A stretch of DNA of 64,000 nt from a virus, in the IMG/VR virus record IMGVR_UViG_3300048586_000548, positions 29,494 through 93,493 of that record, one strand, 5' to 3'. Position 1 is the first letter of the stretch. Each line of letters opens with the position of its first letter. A program made the position numbers and the translations under genes. Of the stretch, positions 47,632 through 55,826 are shown one piece after another. Below the pieces are notes generated by a model that was not told the origin of the DNA, did not search any database, and saw only the letters and a list, made by a program, of their open reading frames with translations.

Positions 47632-49362
47632 CTACTCCTCCCTCGGCGCGCGGCCCGCGCCAGGGTCCTTCCCGTCGCCCTGCCCACGGACGCCGCCATC
47701 CGCCTGTCCCTGCAGCCCCTGCGGCGGCCGGAACGCCTCCTCGTACGTAGTGGACTCCGGCGGCAGCCCCTGCTCCAAGCACCGCTGCTGAAACTCAGCC
47801 TCCGGATCCCGTCCCGCACCGGCAATCATCGAACGAATGGACAAGAGTCCCAGGGCGTAGTCCGAGCGGTTCGCCGAGCGCATGGTCTTCAGATCCGTCA
47901 TGATCGAAGCATCGAATTCCCACACCAGGTCGATGTCGGCGAACCCATTCTCCACGGCGATGCGCTCCCCGAGAGAGGTCAGCACCGTCCCGAAGGAGTT
48001 GGCCAGCTCCTGAATCTGCGCCGACGCCCCGATCACCGAAGCCCAGTCCGCCGTCGCGCCGTCCCCGGCCTCGCCGAGCAGCAAGGCGTCCGGCAGGCCG
48101 AGGGCACTCTTGATCTTCGTGTCTCCAATAGCAAACCGCCCGTCCAGCGCGAGGATGGCGTCTTGTGAGCCGACATCCGTGACCTCCACGTCGTCGCCCT
48201 GCCACACCAGCACCATGCTGGGTGACACTTCCTCGAAGAACGACTGCATCAGCGCCGCTCGCGCAGCCGCCACATCGGCCTTGGAATACGGCGACTTCGG
48301 ATCCGCCGAGCCCACCTGAACGATGGTCAGGCGGTTGATGACGTTCTCCATGCTGACCAGGTCGATCGCGGTGATGGCGCGCCCGTACCGAATGCCCAGC
48401 TTGGCCGGTTCGATGATCGACTCACCGACCGCGTCGGTAGCAAAGCCCCGATGCTTCACGTGCATCAGCAGCGCAGGGGACAGGAGCACCCGACGGTTCT
48501 TCTTGAGTTCCGCCAGGGTCTTGGTGTCAATCAAGTTCTTCACCACGTCCGCGACGGCTTTCTCCGCAGGCTTGGACCCCGTCAGCAGGTTCATGAGCTC
48601 AGCATCGGGCGTCCAATACCACAGCTCGCCCAAACCCGCCAACGCCAGCACCGGGGTGAGCGTGGTCATGGACATCGTCTGGATCGTCATGGGCAGACTG
48701 AAGGCGCCCACATCGCTTCCCAGGTTGACCTTGGCCCACTGCTGACGCGCCAGCCAATCCCCCTCCACCAGGGCCTGCCGGGCTCCCGTGTGCAGCATCG
48801 CCTTGACGCCCCGCTCACTGGTAATCACGCCACCAAGCGCTGACGCGTTCACGTTCTTGGTGAAGTAATCCAGGGCCGCCTGCAGTTGCTCCACCGCCTT
48901 CCGCTGCTTACCCTTCTTGGCTCGACGCACCCGGAAGCTGCCGCCCACGCCGACCAGGGCCGCCACCTTGTTCACGGCGTTGTTGATCAGCCCTTCGTTG
49001 CGGTAGATCTCCTTGTACTGCCGGACACGCTGCTGCAGGTTCGTCGTCGGCTTGAAGCCCAGGTTCGAGAAGTCCGCGATGTCCTGCAGGTAGTTGTTCG
49101 TGCTGCCCGGGTCCCGGCTCAGCGCCGCCAGCGCCAGAATCTCGTGCCGCCCGTCTTCGAGGGTGCGCGTCTGGATTTTGAGCTCCTTCTTGGAGCCCGA
49201 TCGCGTGTAGACCCCGGTCTGCACGATCTCGTCGCGCAGGTCCTTGTAGTCCTTGCCCGGGAACAAGTCCTCCAGCATCATCTGCCCCGACACCGGCACC
49301 GGCATCACCGGCAAGTCGAGCTCCGCCGTCACCAGCGCCGCCACGTCCGTTCCTGTCTTCAT
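47632..49362 (-). CDS. portal protein
   Basis: 576 aa between TerL and the protease; YRNEGLINNAVN, HVKH, IKSALGLPDALL.GE, LGLLSIRS. Confidence 0.8.
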   Translation of the reverse strand: MKTGTDVAALVTAELDLPVMPVPVSGQMMLEDLFPGKDYKDLRDEIVQTGVYTRSGSKKELKIQTRTLEDGRHEILALAALSRDPGSTNNYLQDIADFSNLGFKPTTNLQQRVRQYKEIYRNEGLINNAVNKVAALVGVGGSFRVRRAKKGKQRKAVEQLQAALDYFTKNVNASALGGVITSERGVKAMLHTGARQALVEGDWLARQQWAKVNLGSDVGAFSLPMTIQTMSMTTLTPVLALAGLGELWYWTPDAELMNLLTGSKPAEKAVADVVKNLIDTKTLAELKKNRRVLLSPALLMHVKHRGFATDAVGESIIEPAKLGIRYGRAITAIDLVSMENVINRLTIVQVGSADPKSPYSKADVAAARAALMQSFFEEVSPSMVLVWQGDDVEVTDVGSQDAILALDGRFAIGDTKIKSALGLPDALLLGEAGDGATADWASVIGASAQIQELANSFGTVLTSLGERIAVENGFADIDLVWEFDASIMTDLKTMRSANRSDYALGLLSIRSMIAGAGRDPEAEFQQRCLEQGLPPESTTYEEAFRPPQGLQGQADGGVRGQGDGKDPGAGRAPREE

Positions 49363-49377
49363 GTACGACCTGCCTTG

Positions 49378-49548
49378 TTAGATGCCAAGAAGGAACGGCG
49401 TATCCTGCGAAGCCTTGCGCATCGCCTCAGCCCGCGCTTCATCCGTCTCCGGCTCCTCCGCGGCTGCGGGCTCCGGCACCTGCTCACTCTTTGGAAGCGG
49501 CTGCCCGCAGTGCGGGCACAGCTCCTCAGAAGAAACGACGTCGTCCAT
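49378..49548 (-). CDS. small acidic Zn-finger protein (56 aa)
   Basis: Manual translation MDDVVSSEELCPHCGQPLP..; GGAGGGGG SD. Confidence 0.5.
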   Translation of the reverse strand: MDDVVSSEELCPHCGQPLPKSEQVPEPAAAEEPETDEARAEAMRKASQDTPFLLGI

Positions 49549-51628
49549 TAGTTCCCCCTCCTACACGAGTCACCACCGCGCCAATTGGCGGAGGCGTATC
49601 TTCGATCATCCGTTGCCGAATGGTATGGGCCCGCATCTGTTTGGCGGCGTAGATGTAGGCCGCCCACAAGTCCTTCTTGTTCCCGCTCTGCTCCACGTCA
49701 CCCTTCATGTAGAAGGTGCGGAAGTTCTTCGTCGGTTTCTGCTGCAGCGCGCGCAGCTGGTGCGCCAGGATCTTCGCCCCACCGAACCCCACGTCCAGCT
49801 TGACATCGAACGGGCGCTCCGACTCCGGGATATCCTTCGGCAGATACAGCAGCTTCTGCGTCATCTGACTCAACGTGAATTCGACCAGTCGGTCGTTCAG
49901 CTGGTCCGTCGGATAAATGGCGTCCAGCATCGGCCGGGCGCGTGGATCCGTCGCAAAGGCTTGCACCCGCTCGTCCGCATCCAGCGGGTCGTAGATGCGA
50001 TACTCCTCCGGCGCCAGCAGTTCACGGTTCAGGTGAATCAACTCGTCGCGAACGCCTGACCCGCCGCCCCGCATGTCCAGACCAATGGCGCGACACAGCT
50101 TCCACGTGTCGGTCTCATATGGGTCGTGGTGGAACGCCAGGTTGTAGCGATCGGACAGCTCCCAGATCTTCGCGGCCACGTCGGCGTGGCTGGTCATCCG
50201 GTGCTGCTCCGCCCAGACCACATTGCTCCAAGGCGTCTTGCCCAGCCCGGTGATCGGGTTGAACTCACCCTCGGCGCAGGGGCCCACCCGCATCACGACC
50301 AGGGCCGAGAAGTCGCGGCTTCCTGGGGCGTAGTCCACCCCCAGCACGCAGGGGTCCGGACAGCTCCACATGACCGTCGGGGCATAATGGATCTCCGTGT
50401 CCGGGTACTTCTTCGCCCACTCCGGTCCGCAGTCTTCTCGGGAGATCGCGTACCGCGCTCCCTTGCACGCGGCCGCGTCGACCACAAAGTGCGGGTACAC
50501 ATCTCCCGTCGAGGTGTCGACCACATTGCGCTGCTCCGACAGCCAGATCGCTTCCGGGGTCTCACCGGACAGGAGCTTATCTTCCACGTTCCGATTGATC
50601 GGGTACGTGCTGATGATCTCCATCGGCCGGGCTTCCATCCGCATCCGACCCTTCGTCCCGCGCCGCGTGAACGGAATACCACGGGGATCCCGACGGAATC
50701 GGCGCGTCTTGTCCGGCCACGTGACCTCGAGCTTCCGCCCGTCACGGGTCAAGACATGGCGCCGCACCAGCGTGTCGGTGTAGTCAAACGACACGTACAT
50801 CGTCTGCAGCAGGCCCTTCTTGTTCAGTGCATCGAACGCTTCGATGTCCCCGGCGCGTCGCGCCTCGAGGGCCGACAGATCCCGCGCCATCCCGTCGTAC
50901 GCCGCGGTCGCGGTGCGCTGGAAGTCCCGCCAGCCGTAGTCGATCGTCGTGGTGTAGAACACGCAATTGCTCGCCGCATTCTCGCCACCCGTCTTGAAGT
51001 CCCCCAGCACGTTCAGGAAGCTCAGCGCCACCTTGTCCATCAGCTCGAAGTCCGTGAAGTTCGCTTCGTCGATGTACAAGTCGTGCCCACGGATGCCGCG
51101 AATCTTCTCCGGGTCATTCGTCGGCACGGTCATCAGCGACGAGGCCGAGGTCAGATCGATCTGCCAGAAGTTCTGCTGCCGCAGGATGATCTTCTCGTAG
51201 ACCACACTTCGCCGGATGAACTCGAGCCCCGACTCCTGGTCGGCCCAGGCTCCCTGAATCCACTTCTCAGCGTCGTTGTACAGCAGCTGGCCGCCTCGGA
51301 ACCCTCCTGCGGACAGGGTCACACCCTTGCGCTTTGGGAAGAACAATCCCCGGTACACGGCCCCCAGCACGTCCACCACCGCGGACTTGGAGGTGCCTCG
51401 GCTGCACACAAACACCGTGCTCGGCGCGCTCAGGTGCATGGCGTACAGCATCAGCCGCTGGTGCGGGGGGATGAAGATGCCCGACAGCGAACGCAACGTG
51501 ATATCGGGCCATTGGCGCCACCGGAGCAGCGGCTTGTAGATCACCTCAGCGGCGATCTTCTCTTCAGCCGTCTGCGCCGTAGCCAGGATCTGGTCCAAGG
51601 GCCTCGTCCACGTGCTAATCGCGAGCAT
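49526..51628 (-). CDS. terL: terminase large subunit
   Basis: PHQ Q-motif, CSRGTSKS Walker A, IRGIRG..LYIDEA Walker B, LGVDYA and KDLWAA nuclease motifs. Confidence 0.9.
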   Translation of the reverse strand: MLAISTWTRPLDQILATAQTAEEKIAAEVIYKPLLRWRQWPDITLRSLSGIFIPPHQRLMLYAMHLSAPSTVFVCSRGTSKSAVVDVLGAVYRGLFFPKRKGVTLSAGGFRGGQLLYNDAEKWIQGAWADQESGLEFIRRSVVYEKIILRQQNFWQIDLTSASSLMTVPTNDPEKIRGIRGHDLYIDEANFTDFELMDKVALSFLNVLGDFKTGGENAASNCVFYTTTIDYGWRDFQRTATAAYDGMARDLSALEARRAGDIEAFDALNKKGLLQTMYVSFDYTDTLVRRHVLTRDGRKLEVTWPDKTRRFRRDPRGIPFTRRGTKGRMRMEARPMEIISTYPINRNVEDKLLSGETPEAIWLSEQRNVVDTSTGDVYPHFVVDAAACKGARYAISREDCGPEWAKKYPDTEIHYAPTVMWSCPDPCVLGVDYAPGSRDFSALVVMRVGPCAEGEFNPITGLGKTPWSNVVWAEQHRMTSHADVAAKIWELSDRYNLAFHHDPYETDTWKLCRAIGLDMRGGGSGVRDELIHLNRELLAPEEYRIYDPLDADERVQAFATDPRARPMLDAIYPTDQLNDRLVEFTLSQMTQKLLYLPKDIPESERPFDVKLDVGFGGAKILAHQLRALQQKPTKNFRTFYMKGDVEQSGNKKDLWAAYIYAAKQMRAHTIRQRMIEDTPPPIGAVVTRVGGGTNGRRRFF

Positions 51629-52700
51629 CGTCCCCCTCGACCGCCTCCGGCTCCGCGGCCTCCGCGGCCTCCGCCTCGTCGTCCGTCTCAGGCGGCTCGT
51701 CATTAGGCACTTCCCGCAAGAAGCCCTTCTCGCCCAGCCAAGTCTCGATCTCCTCGACCTTCAGGCCCGCGTAATTCTTCGTCCCACACGTGGCACAGCT
51801 ACAGGTGCGGCACCGGGTCAGCCCGAACAAGCCCACCTCGTCCAGCTGGTGCCCGCCCATGTTGTGGCGCGGACTCGGCGTGTGGTACATCTGGAAGAGC
51901 ACCAGCAGCTCTTCCGCGAACCACCGCTCCCGCAGCTCGATTGGATGGGCCTCGTCCAGACGCCGCACCGCCTCGCCGATCGTGCCGCCCTCCTTGTCCT
52001 TCGCCTGCTTGGCCAGCTGGTCCGGGTGGATGTTCAACGCCTTTTCCAGCTCCACGATCTGCTTGGTCAGCGCCTGCATTTGCAGCTCGGTGGCCTTGTC
52101 CTTGTCGTTCTTCGCCTGACGGAACCGCATGCGGTCCAGCATCAGGGTCAGATCCAGCAGCATGTCCAGCTTGGACTCGGACGCCACCGACCGCAGCTGC
52201 GGGAAGTCCTGCAGATAGGCTGCCTTCAACGACTCGCGCCGCTCGAGCTCCTTGGTCGTGAAGAACACGAGCGGGTCGTCCCCATAGGTCGCCTCGCCCG
52301 CGAGCTGCTTGCGGTACTCCACCGGCAGGTTCTTGTCGACCTTGGCCTTGTCCGCCCGGACCTTCGCGAGTTCCTTCTCGCGCTCTTTGCGCGCCTTCCG
52401 CTTTTCGTCCGTTGTGACCAGCGGCTGCATCTTGTTCAGGTCAAACCGACACGCCGATCGCACCCGACTGTTCAAGGTCGCCGTCGCCATCGTGGTCCAC
52501 GGCGTCACACCGTCAGAGAGTTTGACCCCCCGCAGGCAGCAATCCAGGGCGTACTTCGCCGCCGCCACCGGCTCATCCGTCTTGCGGATCTTGGCGAACC
52601 AGTCCGCGATCGCCAGGATCGCCGCGTTGTAGCGCTCCGGAGAAATGTCCGGGCCCACCTCATAGGTGGTCATGCTCGGCACCAGTACTGACTTAGCCAC
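51615..52700 (-). CDS. hypothetical protein, terminase small subunit candidate
   Basis: Directly upstream of and overlapping terL; helical, LNIHPDQ, C-terminal Cys cluster and acidic tail. Confidence 0.45.
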   Translation of the reverse strand: MAKSVLVPSMTTYEVGPDISPERYNAAILAIADWFAKIRKTDEPVAAAKYALDCCLRGVKLSDGVTPWTTMATATLNSRVRSACRFDLNKMQPLVTTDEKRKARKEREKELAKVRADKAKVDKNLPVEYRKQLAGEATYGDDPLVFFTTKELERRESLKAAYLQDFPQLRSVASESKLDMLLDLTLMLDRMRFRQAKNDKDKATELQMQALTKQIVELEKALNIHPDQLAKQAKDKEGGTIGEAVRRLDEAHPIELRERWFAEELLVLFQMYHTPSPRHNMGGHQLDEVGLFGLTRCRTCSCATCGTKNYAGLKVEEIETWLGEKGFLREVPNDEPPETDDEAEAAEAAEPEAVEGDDARD

Positions 52701-52702
52701 GC

Positions 52703-53092
52703 TTACTCCCCCTCCACCCCGTCATCGTCGCGCTCCGCCACCCGCCGTGGGACCGCCACACGACCTCGGGTGTAGTTCATCACCAGGGCGAGTTCCCCAG
52801 GCGCGCGTTCGACGATTTCTTCCCCCACTTCCATGCGAGCATCCAGCGACTCCGTTGACGACAGCTTTTCTTTGCGCAAGAAGTCGATCATGCGGAACTT
52901 CACCGACTGGCGGATGAAAGCGTCCGGATTGTCCCGGGCCAGCCTGGGCTGGCAATTCCACAAAGCGACCAGGCCCTCCTGGTACAAGTCCTCAACCAGG
53001 GCGTCGTTCGTCATCGCCAGCTTGCGCGCGATGGCGCGAATGACCGACTTGTACTTCGGGTAGTACGTGGCTTCAAATTCTTCATTGGTCAT
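52703..53092 (-). CDS. sigma70-family region-2-only protein
   Basis: VIRAIARK..VEDLYQEGLVALW..F..VKFRMIDFLRK..ESLDA; ends without a region 4. Confidence 0.85.
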   Translation of the reverse strand: MTNEEFEATYYPKYKSVIRAIARKLAMTNDALVEDLYQEGLVALWNCQPRLARDNPDAFIRQSVKFRMIDFLRKEKLSSTESLDARMEVGEEIVERAPGELALVMNYTRGRVAVPRRVAERDDDGVEGE

Positions 53093-53119
53093 CCGCTCCC
53101 CAGCCTTCTGCGCCTGTAT

Positions 53120-53146
53120 TAGGTCGTGCGCATACCATTTCTGCCG
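53120..53146 (-). promoter_or_regulatory. candidate promoter CGGCA-N15-CGACCTA upstream of the sigma2 gene
   Basis: Exact -10 motif in the loop of a short TGCGC/GCGCA inverted repeat; weak -35 match. Confidence 0.5.
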
Positions 53147-53176
53147 CAATCCAGACGATTCCGGTGGATTAAGTGG

Positions 53177-53443
53177 TCAATCGGAGTGCAATGCGGCCAG
53201 TTTACGAAGCGCCGCAGCACTGATGTAGCGAATGGCGGCTTCTGAGAGGGGCTTGCCGCGGAATCGCGAGCCCACGTACCAGCCGACCGAGGCATACGTC
53301 GGAGGCCAGCGCTGGTCAGGCCACGGCCAATCGGTCGGGCGGTAGATGCCATAGACCAGCTCGAGGACCAGGCGATGCTCCGGGCCCAGCTGCGCCAAGA
53401 GCTGCTCCACCGCCACCCGGTTCAACACGACGTCTTCCATCAC
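53177..53443 (-). CDS. sigma70-family region-4-only protein
   Basis: VEQLLAQLGPEHRLVLELVYG..TYASVG..LSEAAIRYISAAALRKL matches the sigma4 HTH pattern. Confidence 0.75.
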   Translation of the reverse strand: MMEDVVLNRVAVEQLLAQLGPEHRLVLELVYGIYRPTDWPWPDQRWPPTYASVGWYVGSRFRGKPLSEAAIRYISAAALRKLAALHSD

Positions 53444-54120
53444 GCAGCCTCCTCCGCCGTGGGGGCCTCGTGGCTGCGGTACAACACGTGCCAGGCCCAG
53501 TTCAGCGCGATCGCGTCTGCGTCATCGTCGTCGCTGAACTGCTTCTTGGTGTCGTTACCCTCAAAGCGCAGGCGAAGGCCGAAGGTCTTGTTGACCAGGG
53601 CCACCACGATCTTCTTGTTGTCTTCGTGAGAGCGGCCGCGCGTGGCCTTGATCGCCTTCTTGACCAGGTGCGCAGCCACCGCGCACTCCTTCTCGATCTC
53701 CAGCCCATAGTGCGCGAAATGCGCCGCCTCGATCACCCCGACGTACCGTGTCAGGATGCCGAAGGTGTGACGCATGCGTCCCTGGTAGGGCGCCTCGTAC
53801 ACCACCACGTGCGGCGCCCACTGGTGGAACATCGCGAGCAGCCAACTCCGAAACGCGTTCAGCCGCTCGCCGTGTCCCTTCCCCTCCTGGAGATACCGCC
53901 CGTAGGCGACCAAGTGTCCGTCGTCAAACACCGCCCAGCCACACGCCTTGGAGCTCGAGTCCAGTGACAGCACCCGCTCGGCGATTCCGACCCCCACGAA
54001 CGCTGCCGTTGGAGCCGGGCGCTTCGACACTCGCTTCCGCTTCGCCTTGGCCCGTGGCGGCGTGGCCACCTCGGGGCGCAGTTTCAGCCGCTCCTTCTTG
54101 CCCTTACGCCGGGTCGGCAT
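53440..54120 (-). CDS. ruvC: RuvC-like Holliday junction resolvase
   Basis: VLSLDSSSKACGWAV, VVYEAP, VKK..K, DDADAIAL. Confidence 0.85.
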   Translation of the reverse strand: MPTRRKGKKERLKLRPEVATPPRAKAKRKRVSKRPAPTAAFVGVGIAERVLSLDSSSKACGWAVFDDGHLVAYGRYLQEGKGHGERLNAFRSWLLAMFHQWAPHVVVYEAPYQGRMRHTFGILTRYVGVIEAAHFAHYGLEIEKECAVAAHLVKKAIKATRGRSHEDNKKIVVALVNKTFGLRLRFEGNDTKKQFSDDDDADAIALNWAWHVLYRSHEAPTAEEAA

Positions 54121-54150
54121 TCCGGCTCGACGCGACGAGGACAGGGATAC

Positions 54151-54744
54151 TCAACTGAGCAGCACCACGCGCGGGGCGGGCAGGGACTTCTCTGCCAGGA
54201 CCAGCAGCCCATCGAGGCGCGTCTGCATGTCGTCCAGCGACGTTTCCGCCTGCTGCCGGGTCTCCGGCGGGACCGTGCCGAGGTGCAGCTCCAGGTCGAG
54301 ACTGGTGCGCATCTGCAGCTGCTCGCGACGGATGTTGGAGTAGGTCTCCAGCCGCGCCAAATGCGCGTGGAAGCGCTCGATTGCGGTGTCGATATCGCTC
54401 GCGCCGGTGCGCTCCGTCAGCAGCGTTTCCAGCGCCGCGCGCTGGGTCCCGAGCTGTGTGACCGACGCGGCCAGCTGGGTCCGCTGCTCCTCCGTGACGT
54501 CCGGGTTTGCCGCCGTCGATGCCTGATAGGCCGAGACCTGCGCGTACTTCCCGCTCATCTGCTCGTACAGGTCCACGAGGGCCTTGAGTTCCTCGACCCG
54601 CGCGATGTATTGCTGCAGCCTCATGTAAGTCAGCTCCGACGTCTCAATGTGTGTAAGCACCCCGCCCATGGTGCGGGCGAGATTCTTCGGGGTGGGGGGC
54701 CGAAGCCCCCCTGGAGGACCACTTTTGCGCATTGGATTGCCCAC
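54151..54744 (-). CDS. coiled-coil hypothetical protein
   Basis: Helical ~190-aa ORF. Confidence 0.6.
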   Translation of the reverse strand: MGNPMRKSGPPGGLRPPTPKNLARTMGGVLTHIETSELTYMRLQQYIARVEELKALVDLYEQMSGKYAQVSAYQASTAANPDVTEEQRTQLAASVTQLGTQRAALETLLTERTGASDIDTAIERFHAHLARLETYSNIRREQLQMRTSLDLELHLGTVPPETRQQAETSLDDMQTRLDGLLVLAEKSLPAPRVVLLS

Positions 54745-54794
54745 GTGAGTTGAGACCTAGCAGGCCCATCCGTGCGGCCTGAGAGCGGACCGCC

Positions 54795-55238
54795 CTATTC
54801 GGGCGAGCCCTTGCGCTTCGTGGTCGTTCGCTTCTTCGTCGTCTTCGGCTTCGCGGCCTTGACCGCCTTCACCGCCGCCCGCGCCTTGGCCGGTGCCACC
54901 GTCACCTTGGCCTTGCTCTTGGGAGCGGCCTTCTTGGGTGTCGTCGACGCCTTGCGCGCACGCGCCCGCGTCTTCGTCACCCCGGCCTCCGCCACTTCGT
55001 CAGGCGCCGCGGGCACCTTGCCCCACGGCTCCTTGCCTTCGCCCGCAGGGGGCGGCGGCGGGGGCGGAGGCGTCGCAGGCCCCGGAACCACCGGCGGGTT
55101 CGGCACGGGATCCCCGGTGCCGGGGTTCGTCGCGCGATAGCGCTCGCGGAGCAGTTCGGCCTCCGACTTCGTGCGCGGCCGAAAGGTCAAATACAGCCCC
55201 ACCCCTCCGATAACGATCAGCGCAAGTGCTTCAATCAT
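54795..55238 (-). CDS. membrane-anchored Pro-rich protein with histone-H1-like basic tail
   Basis: N-terminal TM helix, PPPPPPP linker, KKAAPKSKAK..KAAKPKTTKKR; GAGGAG SD. Confidence 0.65.
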   Translation of the reverse strand: MIEALALIVIGGVGLYLTFRPRTKSEAELLRERYRATNPGTGDPVPNPPVVPGPATPPPPPPPPAGEGKEPWGKVPAAPDEVAEAGVTKTRARARKASTTPKKAAPKSKAKVTVAPAKARAAVKAVKAAKPKTTKKRTTTKRKGSPE

Positions 55239-55429
55239 TCGACAAACTCCTCTTCGCCTTTCGGCGCCCGTAGTGACTTCTGTCGTCCAGCCCCGGCGCG
55301 CGCGTCCAGCACCGCGTCCGGCTCCCATCGTGCCCCGCAGTCGCCGCAGCGCAGCACCACCCAGCTGCCTCCCACGGGCACCGCATCCGTACTTCCGCAG
55401 AGGGGACAATCCTCGACCTGGGATTCCAC
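55235..55429 (-). CDS. Zn-ribbon protein
   Basis: CPLC..CGDC. Confidence 0.55.
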   Translation of the reverse strand: MESQVEDCPLCGSTDAVPVGGSWVVLRCGDCGARWEPDAVLDARAGAGRQKSLRAPKGEEEFVE

Positions 55430-55547
55430 GCGTGCTCTCGTCAGTTAGCGCCTTGACGCGCGATGCGTCGTTAGCTACCTTTATTGTGGGTCATCCTAGC
55501 CCACACCGGCAGCGTATACAGCAACATTCCCCGACCTTCCCGAGACC

Positions 55548-55826
55548 TTACAAGTCGATGATCCGAAACTGGATGCCGCAATCCAGGCAGTGCAGCTCGC
55601 CCTCCCCGTCGTACGCCTCCTCGTCCAGCATGACATGCACGCTCAGGCAGGCCAGGCACACCGGAGTTTCCGCAGGAACGTAGATCAATTCGCTGACGTA
55701 CTTGGTCTCATCGTACATCCGCCGCACCAGTCGTCGTTCCCACACCCGCGGGTCCTTCTCGGACCGGCGCCAGATCATGGTCTGGCGCGCCTCGCCTCCC
55801 TGCGGCCCGAACGGGCCGGGCGTCAT
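55548..55826 (-). CDS. Zn-ribbon protein
   Basis: CLAC..CLDC; ATGA overlap with the polA stop. Confidence 0.55.
   Translation of the reverse strand: MTPGPFGPQGGEARQTMIWRRSEKDPRVWERRLVRRMYDETKYVSELIYVPAETPVCLACLSVHVMLDEEAYDGEGELHCLDCGIQFRIIDL

Noticed and set aside
52703-53443. Sigma pseudogene broken by a frameshift
   Set aside because: Domain order is reversed (sigma4 before sigma2), both ORFs are intact with their own starts, and an 84-nt spacer carries a promoter-like motif
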